This document shows positions 20,644 to 30,667 of a stretch of 64,000 nt of DNA, piece by piece. This stretch comes from Patescibacteria group bacterium (GTDB lineage: Bacteria; Patescibacteriota; Patescibacteriia; Buchananbacterales; UBA6539), in the NCBI GenBank assembly GCA_034003985.1, contig JAVEXP010000001.1, positions 68,924 through 132,923 on the forward strand, in the 5' to 3' direction. The position numbers and the translations under genes are program-made. Numbering within the stretch: position 1 is the first letter of the stretch; each line of letters opens with the position of its first letter. A model generated the notes under the pieces. The model searched no databases and was not told the DNA's origin. It saw nothing but the letters and a program-made list of their open reading frames with translations.

Positions 20644-22041
20644 TTATTTATCCTTAGGTAGATATTTTTCGATGTGAGCTTCTTTAACGCGTTTGAGTTC
20701 TGATTTTGGCAGGATTGACATTAATTTCCAACTTAAGTCCAGCGTTTCTTTAATGGTTCGGTCTTCGTCCAAATTTTGGCGAACAAATTTATCTTCAAAC
20801 TGGTCGGCGAATTTGGCGAATTTCTTGTCGGCATCAGACAGTGCTGATTCACCAAGAATAACAGCCAATTCTTTGGCTTCTTTGCCTCGAGCGTAAGCGG
20901 CAAAGACTTGGTTTAAAACACCGGAGTGATCTTCGCGGGTTTTACCTTCACCAATTCCTTTGTCTTTTAAGCGGGATAATGACGGCAAGACATCGACTGG
21001 GGGGTAAATGCCTTTGCGGTGAAGTTCACGAGAAAGCATGATTTGGCCTTCGGTGATATAGCCGGTTAAATCAGGAATGGGATGAGTTTTGTCGTCTTCG
21101 GGCATGGTTAAAACCGGGATTTGGGTAATTGATCCGGGCTTGTCTTTAATTTTTCCGGCTCGTTCGTAAATGGTGGAAAGGTCAGTATAAAGATAACCAG
21201 GATAACCGCGTCGGCCGGGGATTTCTTTTCGGGCTGCTGAAATTTCACGCAGCGCTTCACAGTAGTTAGTTAGGTCGGTTAAGATAACCAAAACATGCAT
21301 GCCTAATTCAAAAGCCAAATATTCGGCCGTGGTTAAAGCAATCCGAGGCAGGGTAATTCGTTCAACAACCGGATCGTCGGCCAAGTTAACATACAATACC
21401 GCGCGAGAAATAGCGCCGGTCTCTTTGAACTGGTTAATAAAGAATTCCGATTCTTCAAAGGTAATTCCCATGGCGGCAAAGACGACAGCGAAGTTTCCTT
21501 CAGAGGTGCCGTCTGGTTTGGCGACTTTGGCTTGACGGGCGATCTGCGCGGCGAATTCCGAATGAGGCAGACCGGAAGCCGAGAAAATCGGCAACTTCTG
21601 GCCGCGGACCAAAGTGTTTAGACCGTCAATGGTGGAAATACCGGTTTGAATAAAGTCATTGGGATAGTCCCGGGAATAGGGGTTAAGTGGTGCGCCGTTG
21701 ATATCCAACTTTTTCTCGGCGATGATTTCTGGCAGGCCATCTTTTGGTTTGCCGGCGCCGTCGAAGATGCGGCCGAGCATGTCTTGCGAAACACCGATTT
21801 CCATGGTTTTGCCTAAGAATGTAGCCTTGGCCCCTTCGATTTCCAAACCGCGGGATTCTTCAAACATCTGTACCACGGCTTTGTCTTTGGTAATCTCCAA
21901 GACGCGGCCGCGTCGGTGACTGCCGTCAGAAAGTTCAACCTCCACCATTTCTTCGTATTTAACATCTTTAACACCTTCAACGATTAGCAGCGGTCCGGAT
22001 ATTTCTTTGATTGTTTTATATTGTTTCAGCATAGGCTTCAC
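20644..22041 (-). CDS. atpB: V/A-type ATP synthase subunit B (regulatory)
   Basis: It has alpha/beta ATPase family motifs without a canonical P-loop, and a '[18 protein letters not shown]' segment. Confidence 0.95.
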   Translation of the reverse strand: MKPMLKQYKTIKEISGPLLIVEGVKDVKYEEMVEVELSDGSHRRGRVLEITKDKAVVQMFEESRGLEIEGAKATFLGKTMEIGVSQDMLGRIFDGAGKPKDGLPEIIAEKKLDINGAPLNPYSRDYPNDFIQTGISTIDGLNTLVRGQKLPIFSASGLPHSEFAAQIARQAKVAKPDGTSEGNFAVVFAAMGITFEESEFFINQFKETGAISRAVLYVNLADDPVVERITLPRIALTTAEYLAFELGMHVLVILTDLTNYCEALREISAARKEIPGRRGYPGYLYTDLSTIYERAGKIKDKPGSITQIPVLTMPEDDKTHPIPDLTGYITEGQIMLSRELHRKGIYPPVDVLPSLSRLKDKGIGEGKTREDHSGVLNQVFAAYARGKEAKELAVILGESALSDADKKFAKFADQFEDKFVRQNLDEDRTIKETLDLSWKLMSILPKSELKRVKEAHIEKYLPKDK

Positions 22042-23777
22042 TATTTATTAATCTCGGTTTTAATTTCGGTTGGCAGTTTTTCCAGATTAGCCAGATTTTT
22101 TTCTTCGACCATTTTAGCTTTGCCGATTTTATCTTTGATTGGCAGATTAACTAAATCTTTCAAAGCTTTACCGTTCTCCAAGGCGGCAACTCCTTCGTGG
22201 TGGAAAGTCAGGATTGCCTTCAACATCCAGTACATCTTTTTGGAAGAAGTGTAGGTATCAATGTCGTCAAAGGCATTTTGGTGAAGGAAATCTTCTCTGA
22301 TTGATTTGGCGGTATCAAGAATCAATTGTTCTTTGACCGACAAAGATTCAACGCCGACCAAACGGACAATTTCTTCAAGTTTGGCTTCCTGCTGGAGCAA
22401 GTTCATGGCCTCGGTCTGCATTTCCGGCCAATCGCCACCGGCATTTTTTCTCATAAAGTCGGCAACATCATCCAGGTATAATGAGTAACTGGTTAGCCAG
22501 TTAATGGCCGGGAAGTGGCGCTTATAAGCCAGTTGAGCATCAAGGCCCCAGAAAACTTTGACAACCCGCAAGGTGTTTTGAGTGACCGGTTCGGACAAGT
22601 CACCGCCCGGAGGGGAGACTGCACCAATGACGGTCAGGGAACCTTCTCGTCCATCGGAGCCAAGACATTTCACAAAGCCGGCCCGTTCATAGAAAGTGGC
22701 GGTGCGGGAACCAAGGTAAGCCGGGTAGCCTTCTTCGCCAGGCATTTCTTCCAGTCGACCAGACATTTCACGCAAGGCTTCGGCCCAGCGGGAAGTGGAG
22801 TCGGCCATTAAGGCGACTTTGTAACCCATATCTCTGAAGTATTCAGCGATGGTAATCCCAGTATAAACGGAAGCTTCCCGAGCGGCTACTGGCATGTTGG
22901 AAGTATTGGCAATCAAAACCGTTCGTTCCATCAATGGTTTACCTGATTTCGGATCGTTTAATTCAGGGAATTCCTGCAAGACATCAGTCATCTCGTTACC
23001 GCGTTCGCCGCAGCCAATAAAGATGATAATGTCGGCATCGGCCCATTTGGCCAACTGATGTTGAACGACGGTTTTACCGGAACCAAACGGTCCGGGAACA
23101 CAAGCCGTACCACCTTTCACTACCGGAAAGAAGGCATCGATGACGCGCTGGCCGGATAGTAATGGTTCGGTTGGCAATAGTTTTTTACCTACCGGACGCG
23201 GTTGGCGAATCGGCCAAATTTGTTTCATGCAAACATTGCGGTTGCCGACTTTAGCGATTGCTTCTTCAATAGTGAACTCACCGGATTTAATTTCTTCAAC
23301 CTTACCTTTTATTCCCGGTGGTACCATGATTTTGTGGACAATCAAAGCTGTTTCGGCAACTTCACCCAAAATATCACCTTCGGCCACATCGGTTCCTTCG
23401 GCCACTTTGGCTTCAAATTTCCATTTTTTGGATTTATCCAAAGGTGGCACTTCAACGCCCCGGGTAATATAATCACCGGCGACATCGCGGATTAAATTTA
23501 GCGGCCGTTGGATCCCGTCGTAAATGGAAGTTAACAGGCCAGGTCCCAGCTCGACGGCCATTGGGTTGCCGGTTTGATAAACCGGTTCGCCGGGTCCTAG
23601 GCCGGAAGTTTCTTCGTAGACCTGAATGGAAGCGGTGTCGCCTTTAAGTCCAATGATTTCACCAATTAATTTTTGGTCAGAAACTTTGACGACTTCATAC
23701 ATTTTGGCATTCTTCATTCCCGAAGCAACGACCAACGGACCTGACACCTTGATAATTTTTCCGATTTGTTCACTCAT
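22041..23777 (-). CDS. atpA: V/A-type ATP synthase subunit A (catalytic)
   Basis: '[35 protein letters not shown]' carries Walker A. It has the V-type non-homologous insertion. Confidence 0.95.
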   Translation of the reverse strand: MSEQIGKIIKVSGPLVVASGMKNAKMYEVVKVSDQKLIGEIIGLKGDTASIQVYEETSGLGPGEPVYQTGNPMAVELGPGLLTSIYDGIQRPLNLIRDVAGDYITRGVEVPPLDKSKKWKFEAKVAEGTDVAEGDILGEVAETALIVHKIMVPPGIKGKVEEIKSGEFTIEEAIAKVGNRNVCMKQIWPIRQPRPVGKKLLPTEPLLSGQRVIDAFFPVVKGGTACVPGPFGSGKTVVQHQLAKWADADIIIFIGCGERGNEMTDVLQEFPELNDPKSGKPLMERTVLIANTSNMPVAAREASVYTGITIAEYFRDMGYKVALMADSTSRWAEALREMSGRLEEMPGEEGYPAYLGSRTATFYERAGFVKCLGSDGREGSLTVIGAVSPPGGDLSEPVTQNTLRVVKVFWGLDAQLAYKRHFPAINWLTSYSLYLDDVADFMRKNAGGDWPEMQTEAMNLLQQEAKLEEIVRLVGVESLSVKEQLILDTAKSIREDFLHQNAFDDIDTYTSSKKMYWMLKAILTFHHEGVAALENGKALKDLVNLPIKDKIGKAKMVEEKNLANLEKLPTEIKTEINK

Positions 23778-23795
23778 ATTTATTCCTAATTATTT

Positions 23796-24119
23796 TTAAT
23801 CATTAGATAAAATATCTGAACCGACTGCTTGTTCAACAATTTTTTTCAAACTGCGCAATCCAGCACCGGTTGATCCGGTTTGGGAAGGCACGGCAACAAT
23901 TGAAGGCAGAGCCTTGGGTGGCAGATCATCCATGAATTTACGGATTTTATCAGCCCAGTCTTCAGTAATAAAAATAATGGCATAATCGGAAGATTGGTGA
24001 AGTTCGCCAAGTTTGGTTTGGCATTCGGCAACTGATTTGACACCAACAGCTTCCACTCCAACGGCTTTAAAACCATTGATGGCGTCTTCATTTCCGATTA
24101 TCGCAATTTTATAGCTCAT
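23796..24119 (-). CDS. atpF: V/A-type ATP synthase subunit F
   Basis: 'MSYKIAIIGNEDAINGFKAVGVE' is a subunit F hallmark. Confidence 0.8.
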   Translation of the reverse strand: MSYKIAIIGNEDAINGFKAVGVEAVGVKSVAECQTKLGELHQSSDYAIIFITEDWADKIRKFMDDLPPKALPSIVAVPSQTGSTGAGLRSLKKIVEQAVGSDILSND

Positions 24120-24120
24120 A

Positions 24121-25158
24121 TTAATAAACTTCTCTTATAGTTTCTCTAATAGCCTGTGTCGGTAACCCGGCAAGTTTGCCAGTAAGAATTATTCGGACAT
24201 TGGTAACGGCATTAACCTTGGCCAAATAGTAAGCAAAGATAACTTCCGGACCGTAGGAAAAATGTTTGGCCATTCTGGCATAGCGGACTTTATAGTCATC
24301 AACGGCTTTTTCCAATTCCCAGAGGTTGTCATTTTCACAGAATTGTTCAAAGACTTCCAAAATTTTTAGATCAAAGTTGGCGTTGACAAATGATCGCAAG
24401 CCACGGGTTTCTTCCGGGTAAAGTTGAAGCATTCTTTGAATATCGGCATGACCGCCTTTGATTAATTTTTCTTTAAGCTTTTCTTTGGATAGTCCTAGTC
24501 GTTTGACGCGAACCCAAATTAGCAGGTTGGCGGTATCAATTTCCATTTTGATGTAATTTTTGATGAACCGACTGCCGATCATTTCGGCCAGTTGTTGTTT
24601 TAAATCAAAATATTCCTGGGTTAGTATTGCATCAAGTTCGTCGGGGCGGGTATTTTCTTTGAGGCGTTTGCTGACGCGGTAAATTACATCCTTCATTTCC
24701 TGTTCCATAACCTGGCCTTTTTGTTCGCTGATATAGGCCTGGAGAATTTCGGGGGAATGAATGTGGGTCTCATAGATAAAATCTTTCAAATGTCTTGGCG
24801 AGTATATGACATTTTCTTTAATATATTGATTGACATCAACGCCATAAAGTTTGGATTTGAAGAACAGTTTGATATTGATGAAGTCGCGATCAAGCAGGAT
24901 TAATTCAAACAATTCTTGTTTGGGGGTAATGCGTTGAAGCAAATCGTGGAGCTGGGCAAAATCTTCCCGCAGCGCGTCACGGTAATTTACCGGGTCGACT
25001 TCCAACAGGTTGTCGCCGTAATCGGTGTCGTGAAGGACTTTGAAAGCCCCCGACAAATCGGGCGCGTCAATCATTCGCTCAATGTCGGTGGCATCAAGGA
25101 TTAATTTTTCAAGCGCCCGAAGCTTGGCACTGGCGTAGATGTAATTAGTGCCTTTCAT
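24121..25158 (-). CDS. atpC: V/A-type ATP synthase subunit C (V0 d subunit)
   Basis: It is a 345-aa helical protein at the position of the C/d subunit in the operon. Confidence 0.65.
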   Translation of the reverse strand: MKGTNYIYASAKLRALEKLILDATDIERMIDAPDLSGAFKVLHDTDYGDNLLEVDPVNYRDALREDFAQLHDLLQRITPKQELFELILLDRDFINIKLFFKSKLYGVDVNQYIKENVIYSPRHLKDFIYETHIHSPEILQAYISEQKGQVMEQEMKDVIYRVSKRLKENTRPDELDAILTQEYFDLKQQLAEMIGSRFIKNYIKMEIDTANLLIWVRVKRLGLSKEKLKEKLIKGGHADIQRMLQLYPEETRGLRSFVNANFDLKILEVFEQFCENDNLWELEKAVDDYKVRYARMAKHFSYGPEVIFAYYLAKVNAVTNVRIILTGKLAGLPTQAIRETIREVY

Positions 25159-25161
25159 AGT

Positions 25162-25737
25162 TTATTGTTGATCGCGATTAAATAGCATTTTACTGACTTC
25201 GAGAACAGTCCAGTCCCTGCTGTTGTTTATTAAGCTGGTAAAAGTGTTATCGATTTCGACGGATTTGGAGCGGAAAACAAAGCCACCCGAAACATTGGCG
25301 GTTTCAGCTAAAACTTCGAATTTGCGGCCACTTTGTTTAAGCGCTTTTTTAAGCAGCGCTTCTTTGCCTTTGGCCGAAATCAATTTTCCGTCTTCTTCCG
25401 GTAGTCGGTTAATCAATTTAATCATCAAAACAACATAGTCGGAATCATTCAGGCCGTTAAGCTTATTAAGGGCTGATTTATAAACCCGGTCGATAATATT
25501 TTGTTTCTGATTGATGATTTCGGTTTGGGCCTGAGCCTGCAGCTTAAACTGGGTCTGCTGGATTTTTTGAGTGGCCTTGCGTTTGGCGGTAGCGACAATG
25601 GCTTGTTTGTGTTCTTCCAGTTTTCTATTCCAGTCAGCTTTTAGTTGGCCAATCTTCTGTTCACCCTGTTGAATCACGGTTTTGATTTCAGCGTCAGCTT
25701 CGGCCAGAATCGCTTTTTTAATGTCATCAAGAGCCAT
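25162..25737 (-). CDS. atpE: V/A-type ATP synthase subunit E
   Basis: It has an N-terminal charged coiled coil and a C-terminal globular domain, in the subunit E position. Confidence 0.65.
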   Translation of the reverse strand: MALDDIKKAILAEADAEIKTVIQQGEQKIGQLKADWNRKLEEHKQAIVATAKRKATQKIQQTQFKLQAQAQTEIINQKQNIIDRVYKSALNKLNGLNDSDYVVLMIKLINRLPEEDGKLISAKGKEALLKKALKQSGRKFEVLAETANVSGGFVFRSKSVEIDNTFTSLINNSRDWTVLEVSKMLFNRDQQ

Positions 25738-25769
25738 AGATTAGCAGTTAACTTTTAGGGTCATTAACA

Positions 25770-26294
<525 letters not shown>

Positions 26295-26298
26295 TTAA

Positions 26299-28269
26299 TT
26301 ATTGATTATCTTTATTAATTATTCGAATGTATTTAGAATCTTTACGGAACGGCTGAAACAAGACGCCGCCGCCTTCCATAAACTTTGGGAAGAATTCAAC
26401 AAACTGCAAACGACTGGAATGGATGAAAGCACCCAGGGCATTGATGCCTAGATTGAATACATGCCCGCCAATGATAATGAAAAAAGCAATCACCCAGCCC
26501 AGATAGGGAACCATATCAATTGTCAGACCGGCAATTAGATTAACTACCATGGCAATAATACCAGTGGCTAGTCCCAAGGCCAGTAATCGGGAATAGGATA
26601 AGACATCGGACAAATAACCAACTAAACCATAAAGACTGATGACACCGCTGCTTAATTTCATGATTGGATTTTTTTGATGGCGGCCTTGGGTGGCGATTAA
26701 AGCAATGACTCCCGCCCAAACTAAATATTTGGAATAGGCAAATTGAATCAAGCCCAGTTTGGCTGCACCGCCAATTAAGATGGCAAAGATGAAATAAAGC
26801 CACAAGCCGTCATCCAACAAAGCTGATTGGACATTATGATGTTTGATTTTCCACCACATACTGACAATAATGCCGATGATTACTTGAATAATTCCCAATA
26901 TCAAAGAGAAAACCAGCATGGTTAGAGGATCTTTGACCGGATCAATCAACCGAACGGAAACCAGCAGATTTCGTAAGGGAAGATATGGAATGTTGTCGAT
27001 GACAATCCCGAACCAACCGCCAACGGCGGCACCAGCGAAAAAAGTTACCAAACCGCCCCAGAATAGAACTTTGAACATCTTTTTCATCTCAGCACTTGGT
27101 TTGAGTAATTTTAAGCCCAACCAAGAAACCAAGGCCAAAACAATGCCATAACCGGCGTCAGTTAAGCACAACCCGAAAAATAAAATGAAGAAAGGGGTTA
27201 ACCAGGGGGTTGGATCCGGTTCGCCGTATTGGGGAGCGCCATAAACATTGGTGACAAATTCAAATGATTTGGCCCAGGTATTTTTAAAGATAATTGGCAC
27301 CGATTCATCTTCGTTGATTGGTAGTTCCTCAACCACAAAATTGGGACTGACTTTGTTCAATTCAGTTTCCAGTCGATTGATCAAGTTTTTGTCTATCCAG
27401 CCGATTAAAGAAAAAGTTTGGTCGGTATGAAGAGCTTTTTGTTGGTTTTCGATTTTTTCTTTTTGCCAACTTAAATAATCAAAAACGATTTTTAACTCCC
27501 GTTGGGAGTTGGCAAATGTTTGAGCTTGGGTGGTTAATATTTCAATTTGGTGCTGGGTTTGTTCTAGTTGATGATTTATTTCTTTGATGCGGTCACTAAC
27601 GCCGATTTCCAAGTTAGGAAATTCGGCAACTTTGATATTGAGTTCGTTTAAGATTTCGTTGAGCTGGCTCTCGCTGCCGGTTTTGAAAAATACAACTGCC
27701 AAAATCTCAGTTTTGACGGCATCGACTTTTTCGGCCTGGCTTAACGGTAGGCTGGATTGCAGGGCAGTTAATAAATCAGCGAAATTATTTTCGGCGGCAA
27801 TTATCAAGCGGAAATCAAAATTAGTTTCCAATTTTTGGTGATTGGGGACAAAATCAAGTTTTTGCCAAGGTTCAATTTGTCCAAGCTCAATTTGCAATTT
27901 GTCTTTGAATACATTGGCATTGTTAATCCCGGCTTCAATATCCTGAATTTTTTTAACCTCGGTCTGATAATCGAAATTTTTGATTGTGGTTTGGACTTCC
28001 GCTAGATCAAGATTGATTTTGGAATCAATTTTCTCACTTAAACTTTTCTTTTTGGTTTCGAAACCAGCCAGCCAATCCAAAGCAAAGCGCGCTCCGGCCA
28101 GCTGGTAATCAATTTGAGCCAGTTGATCATTGATGTTTTGTCGTTTAAGCGTTTGATCAGGGTTGTCAATAAGTTCAGTAAAACCGACATTCTGTAAAAC
28201 TTCCAGAATATCAGCTTGATCTTGCTGGTGACCAATAATATTAATTTTGGCAACTTGAGCAACAGCCAT
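26299..28269 (-). CDS. atpI: V/A-type ATP synthase subunit I (a subunit)
   Basis: A roughly 300-aa cytoplasmic coiled-coil N-domain is followed by 7-8 TM helices with a conserved Arg in a late helix. Confidence 0.85.
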   Translation of the reverse strand: MAVAQVAKINIIGHQQDQADILEVLQNVGFTELIDNPDQTLKRQNINDQLAQIDYQLAGARFALDWLAGFETKKKSLSEKIDSKINLDLAEVQTTIKNFDYQTEVKKIQDIEAGINNANVFKDKLQIELGQIEPWQKLDFVPNHQKLETNFDFRLIIAAENNFADLLTALQSSLPLSQAEKVDAVKTEILAVVFFKTGSESQLNEILNELNIKVAEFPNLEIGVSDRIKEINHQLEQTQHQIEILTTQAQTFANSQRELKIVFDYLSWQKEKIENQQKALHTDQTFSLIGWIDKNLINRLETELNKVSPNFVVEELPINEDESVPIIFKNTWAKSFEFVTNVYGAPQYGEPDPTPWLTPFFILFFGLCLTDAGYGIVLALVSWLGLKLLKPSAEMKKMFKVLFWGGLVTFFAGAAVGGWFGIVIDNIPYLPLRNLLVSVRLIDPVKDPLTMLVFSLILGIIQVIIGIIVSMWWKIKHHNVQSALLDDGLWLYFIFAILIGGAAKLGLIQFAYSKYLVWAGVIALIATQGRHQKNPIMKLSSGVISLYGLVGYLSDVLSYSRLLALGLATGIIAMVVNLIAGLTIDMVPYLGWVIAFFIIIGGHVFNLGINALGAFIHSSRLQFVEFFPKFMEGGGVLFQPFRKDSKYIRIINKDNQ

Positions 28270-28580
28270 TATTTGGTAACCTCCTTGAGGACCGTTTCGG
28301 CAGCACGGTTAATTTTTTGGTCATTGATTGATTGCAGAAGCTGTAATTGACCGGCCAATTCGCGTTCTTGTTTGGCTTTTAAACTGTTGATTTTGGTTTT
28401 GGCATCATTAAGAATTTCTTGGATTTCATTGGAAACCTGATTTTCAGCTTGATTAAGGCTTGATTGACCATCTTGATTCGCTTGCGAAACCAGATTTTCG
28501 ATTTTTTGTCTAGCTTCAGCGACTTTAACCTTAGCTTCGGCTTCGGCTTGCTTGATGCTATCAATAGTATTAGTTGTCAT
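28269..28580 (-). CDS. V/A-type ATP synthase subunit H/G-like (small coiled-coil stator component)
   Basis: It is a 103-aa all-helical charged protein and the first gene of the operon, overlapping atpI by 1 nt. Confidence 0.5.
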   Translation of the reverse strand: MTTNTIDSIKQAEAEAKVKVAEARQKIENLVSQANQDGQSSLNQAENQVSNEIQEILNDAKTKINSLKAKQERELAGQLQLLQSINDQKINRAAETVLKEVTK

Positions 28581-28624
28581 AAAATAAAAAAAATTTTTTT
28601 TAATATTTAGTTTTTCGAAATATT

Positions 28625-28752
28625 TTGGCTGAATTTAGCTAAATTTATAGCTTATTAAGTTACTATTTAAGTATAAGAGACAATTCTAATCTGTCAAGGG
28701 TCGGGAATTACTTATTAGGATACTTTTTATTATTTTGGCTAAATTTAGCCAA
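28625..28752. promoter_or_regulatory. Two copies of palindromic motif 'tattttggctRaatttagc' in the divergent control region
   Basis: 28625-28647 reads 'ttggctgaatttagctaaattta'. 28735-28752 reads 'ttggctaaatttagccaa', a perfect 18-bp palindrome. The two are about 105 bp apart, between the ATPase operon start and the GC-rich island. Confidence 0.35.
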
Positions 28753-28840
28753 TCGGTTCTTGACTTTCACTTAAAATTTAATTTAAAGTAATATAAATCG
28801 GCGGAAACGGGTTCCGTTTGATATATAAGGAGGATTTGCC

Positions 28841-29485
28841 TTGGGAAACGGAGAGCAGTTTTTTCTGGAACAGTTTCGGCAACGCCAAGCCTTGTGGATT
28901 TATCAAGGCGAACCGCGAGCTGAAGCGCCACATGGGTTGATGACCTCGGGGAAGCATTCCAAAGGCTATTTTAACAGCACACCGATCGTTCGCGATCCGA
29001 AGCTGTTGTCGGTAGCCTGTGGTACCCTGCTGCATTCGATAAGCGTTGACCCCAAAGATGTCGGCGAAGTCTGGGGTAGCGCAATGGGTGCGATTATGAT
29101 GGCCTATGAGTTGGCCCAACAAATTGGTGCGCTTTCGGGCTACACTGAGAAGCAGGAAGGAAACATGGTGGTTGGTCGCAATGCGATTCAGCCCGGCACT
29201 CGTGTGCTGCTGGTGGAAGATGTTATCACCACCGGCGGTACGACTTTGAAAACGGTGGCCGCGCTGGAGTCGGCGGGAGCCATCGTGATGGGAGAAATTC
29301 TGGCGTTGGTAAACCGTTCGGGCCTGACTGAACTGAACGGTCGTAAGATCGTGTCCTTGATTGAGCAGGAGTTGCCCTTGTGGAGCGCGGCTGAATGTCC
29401 GTATTGCCGGGTTGGTTCCGAGGCTTTGCGGCCCAAGGGCGAGAACTGGTTTCGACTTGTCGGAACAGGAGGTGAAACAGGATGA
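28841..29485 (+). CDS. Orotate phosphoribosyltransferase-like type I PRTase (TTG start)
   Basis: A perfect SD 'AAGGAGG' lies 6 nt before the TTG. 'VLLVEDVITTGGT' is the PRPP-binding motif. 'SGKHSKGYFN' resembles the PyrE 'SGRKSPYFFN'. GC is about 60%. Confidence 0.75.
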   Translation: MGNGEQFFLEQFRQRQALWIYQGEPRAEAPHGLMTSGKHSKGYFNSTPIVRDPKLLSVACGTLLHSISVDPKDVGEVWGSAMGAIMMAYELAQQIGALSGYTEKQEGNMVVGRNAIQPGTRVLLVEDVITTGGTTLKTVAALESAGAIVMGEILALVNRSGLTELNGRKIVSLIEQELPLWSAAECPYCRVGSEALRPKGENWFRLVGTGGETG

Positions 29486-30354
29486 ACGCTTTCTTGTCTT
29501 TGATCCGGGATGCTGGCGGTGATGAGCGAACCCGGATCTGTGTTGGGCTGGATCCTGAAATCGCGCGGCTTCCCGTCTGTGTCAGAGGGTCTAACCCAGC
29601 GGAACGAGTGATGTCGTTTTCGACTGATGTGGCCGCTGCTACAGCGCAGTTTGCTTTGGCCTTTCAAACCAAGCTGGCCATCTGGCAAGCGGTTGGCGCT
29701 GAAGAACAACTGGCAAAACTGATTGCTTATATTCAAGGGCAATTGGGTCGGCCGGTGATCTTGGACGCCAACTATGGCGATGTTCCGGCAATATCCGCGG
29801 AATATGCGAAAGCCGCTTTCGATCGTTTCGACGCTAGCGCGGTAACGCTGAATGTCTATCACGGTCGAGACAGCCTGGTTCCCTGGCTGAAGCGCGGTCC
29901 GGAAAAAGGACTGTTCGTTGTCTGCCACACCAGCAACGACATGGCCAGTGATTTTCAGGACCTGCAGGTCAACCCGGTTGGTAATGGCGGCCATTTGCCA
30001 TTGTTCGTCCATTTGGCTCATCAGGTGCTGCAGCTGCGGTCGGACGACAGCGCAACTATCGGATTCGTGATGGACGAAGCATTCCCGATGCATATTACCA
30101 GCCTTCGGCCGCAAGCTGGTGACTGGTGGTGGCAGCCATCAGAGATTCCGTTGCTGATCGGGTATTCGTCGGGGCAGCTTGAGGAGTTGGTAGGGCGGGC
30201 TTCGTTCTATCCTTTCCTGCTGAGCTGTTCGCGAGGGATAATCCACGCTTCGGAGGAGTCGGATTTTGCCCAGGCCGCCGCTAATGCCGCCGAGGGCTTG
30301 CGTAACCGAGTCAACATGGTGTTGGAAAACAAGGAGGGATGTCGTGTCGGCTAA
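29482..30354 (+). CDS. Orotidine-5'-phosphate decarboxylase-like (type 2 / HUMPS family) with a non-canonical active-site motif
   Basis: 'ICVGLDP', 'VTLNVYHG' and 'VCHTSNDM' match type-2 ODCase blocks. The DxKxxD block reads 'ILDANYGDV', so the catalytic Lys is replaced by Asn and the Arg by Tyr. The ATG overlaps the upstream stop and has SD 'GGAGGTGA'. Confidence 0.7.
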   Translation: MNAFLSLIRDAGGDERTRICVGLDPEIARLPVCVRGSNPAERVMSFSTDVAAATAQFALAFQTKLAIWQAVGAEEQLAKLIAYIQGQLGRPVILDANYGDVPAISAEYAKAAFDRFDASAVTLNVYHGRDSLVPWLKRGPEKGLFVVCHTSNDMASDFQDLQVNPVGNGGHLPLFVHLAHQVLQLRSDDSATIGFVMDEAFPMHITSLRPQAGDWWWQPSEIPLLIGYSSGQLEELVGRASFYPFLLSCSRGIIHASEESDFAQAAANAAEGLRNRVNMVLENKEGCRVG

Positions 30355-30490
30355 CTCACAATCGTACCCCGGTCGACCCAGGAAATGCAGTAATGTTCCA
30401 GGGTCGAAGGCCTGTGATAAGTGCCGGAAGAACAACGGAACTTATTGCCAGTACTGCACCGCTTGGCAGAATGCCAGCGGCAAGAAGTAG
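30344..30490 (+). CDS. 48-aa zinc-ribbon-like Cys-rich small protein (GTG start)
   Basis: SD 'AAGGAGGG' lies 5 nt upstream of the GTG. The product is 'VSANSQSYPGRPRKCSNVPGSKACDKCRKNNGTYCQYCTAWQNASGKK', with CxxC...CxxC spacing. GC3 is about 64%, matching the island. Confidence 0.4.
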   Translation: MSANSQSYPGRPRKCSNVPGSKACDKCRKNNGTYCQYCTAWQNASGKK

Positions 30491-30507
30491 TACTACTACA
30501 TATAACT

Positions 30508-30556
30508 TTGACCCCGCCTTTGGATGAAATGAGGGTGACCACTGGCGGGTCTTTTT
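30508..30556 (+). terminator. Putative terminator after the small Cys-rich ORF
   Basis: Stem 'gacccgcc/ggcgggtc' with a roughly 25-nt loop is followed by TTTTTT. It precedes a short AT-rich, promoter-like spacer. Confidence 0.35.
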
Positions 30557-30667
30557 TATTTGATTTATTGACTTTTTGTCGATTTGTTAGTAAGTTTAGG
30601 TACTCGGTTTATAAATCGAGTGACAGTGCTAAACAGGAATCTACCGCAACGGAAAGGGAGATCAGCC

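Noticed and set aside
28778-29122. 114-aa minus-strand ORF
   Set aside because: It is antisense to the well-supported OPRT-like gene and has no RBS. It is a typical shadow ORF in GC-rich DNA.
30339-30527. 62-aa ORF 'MSCRLTHNRT...' and 74-aa ORF 30266-30490
   Set aside because: The ATG at 30339 directly abuts the SD with no spacer. The 74-aa ORF starts inside the upstream gene. The GTG at 30344 in the 30266 frame has correct SD spacing and yields a Zn-ribbon peptide, so it is preferred.
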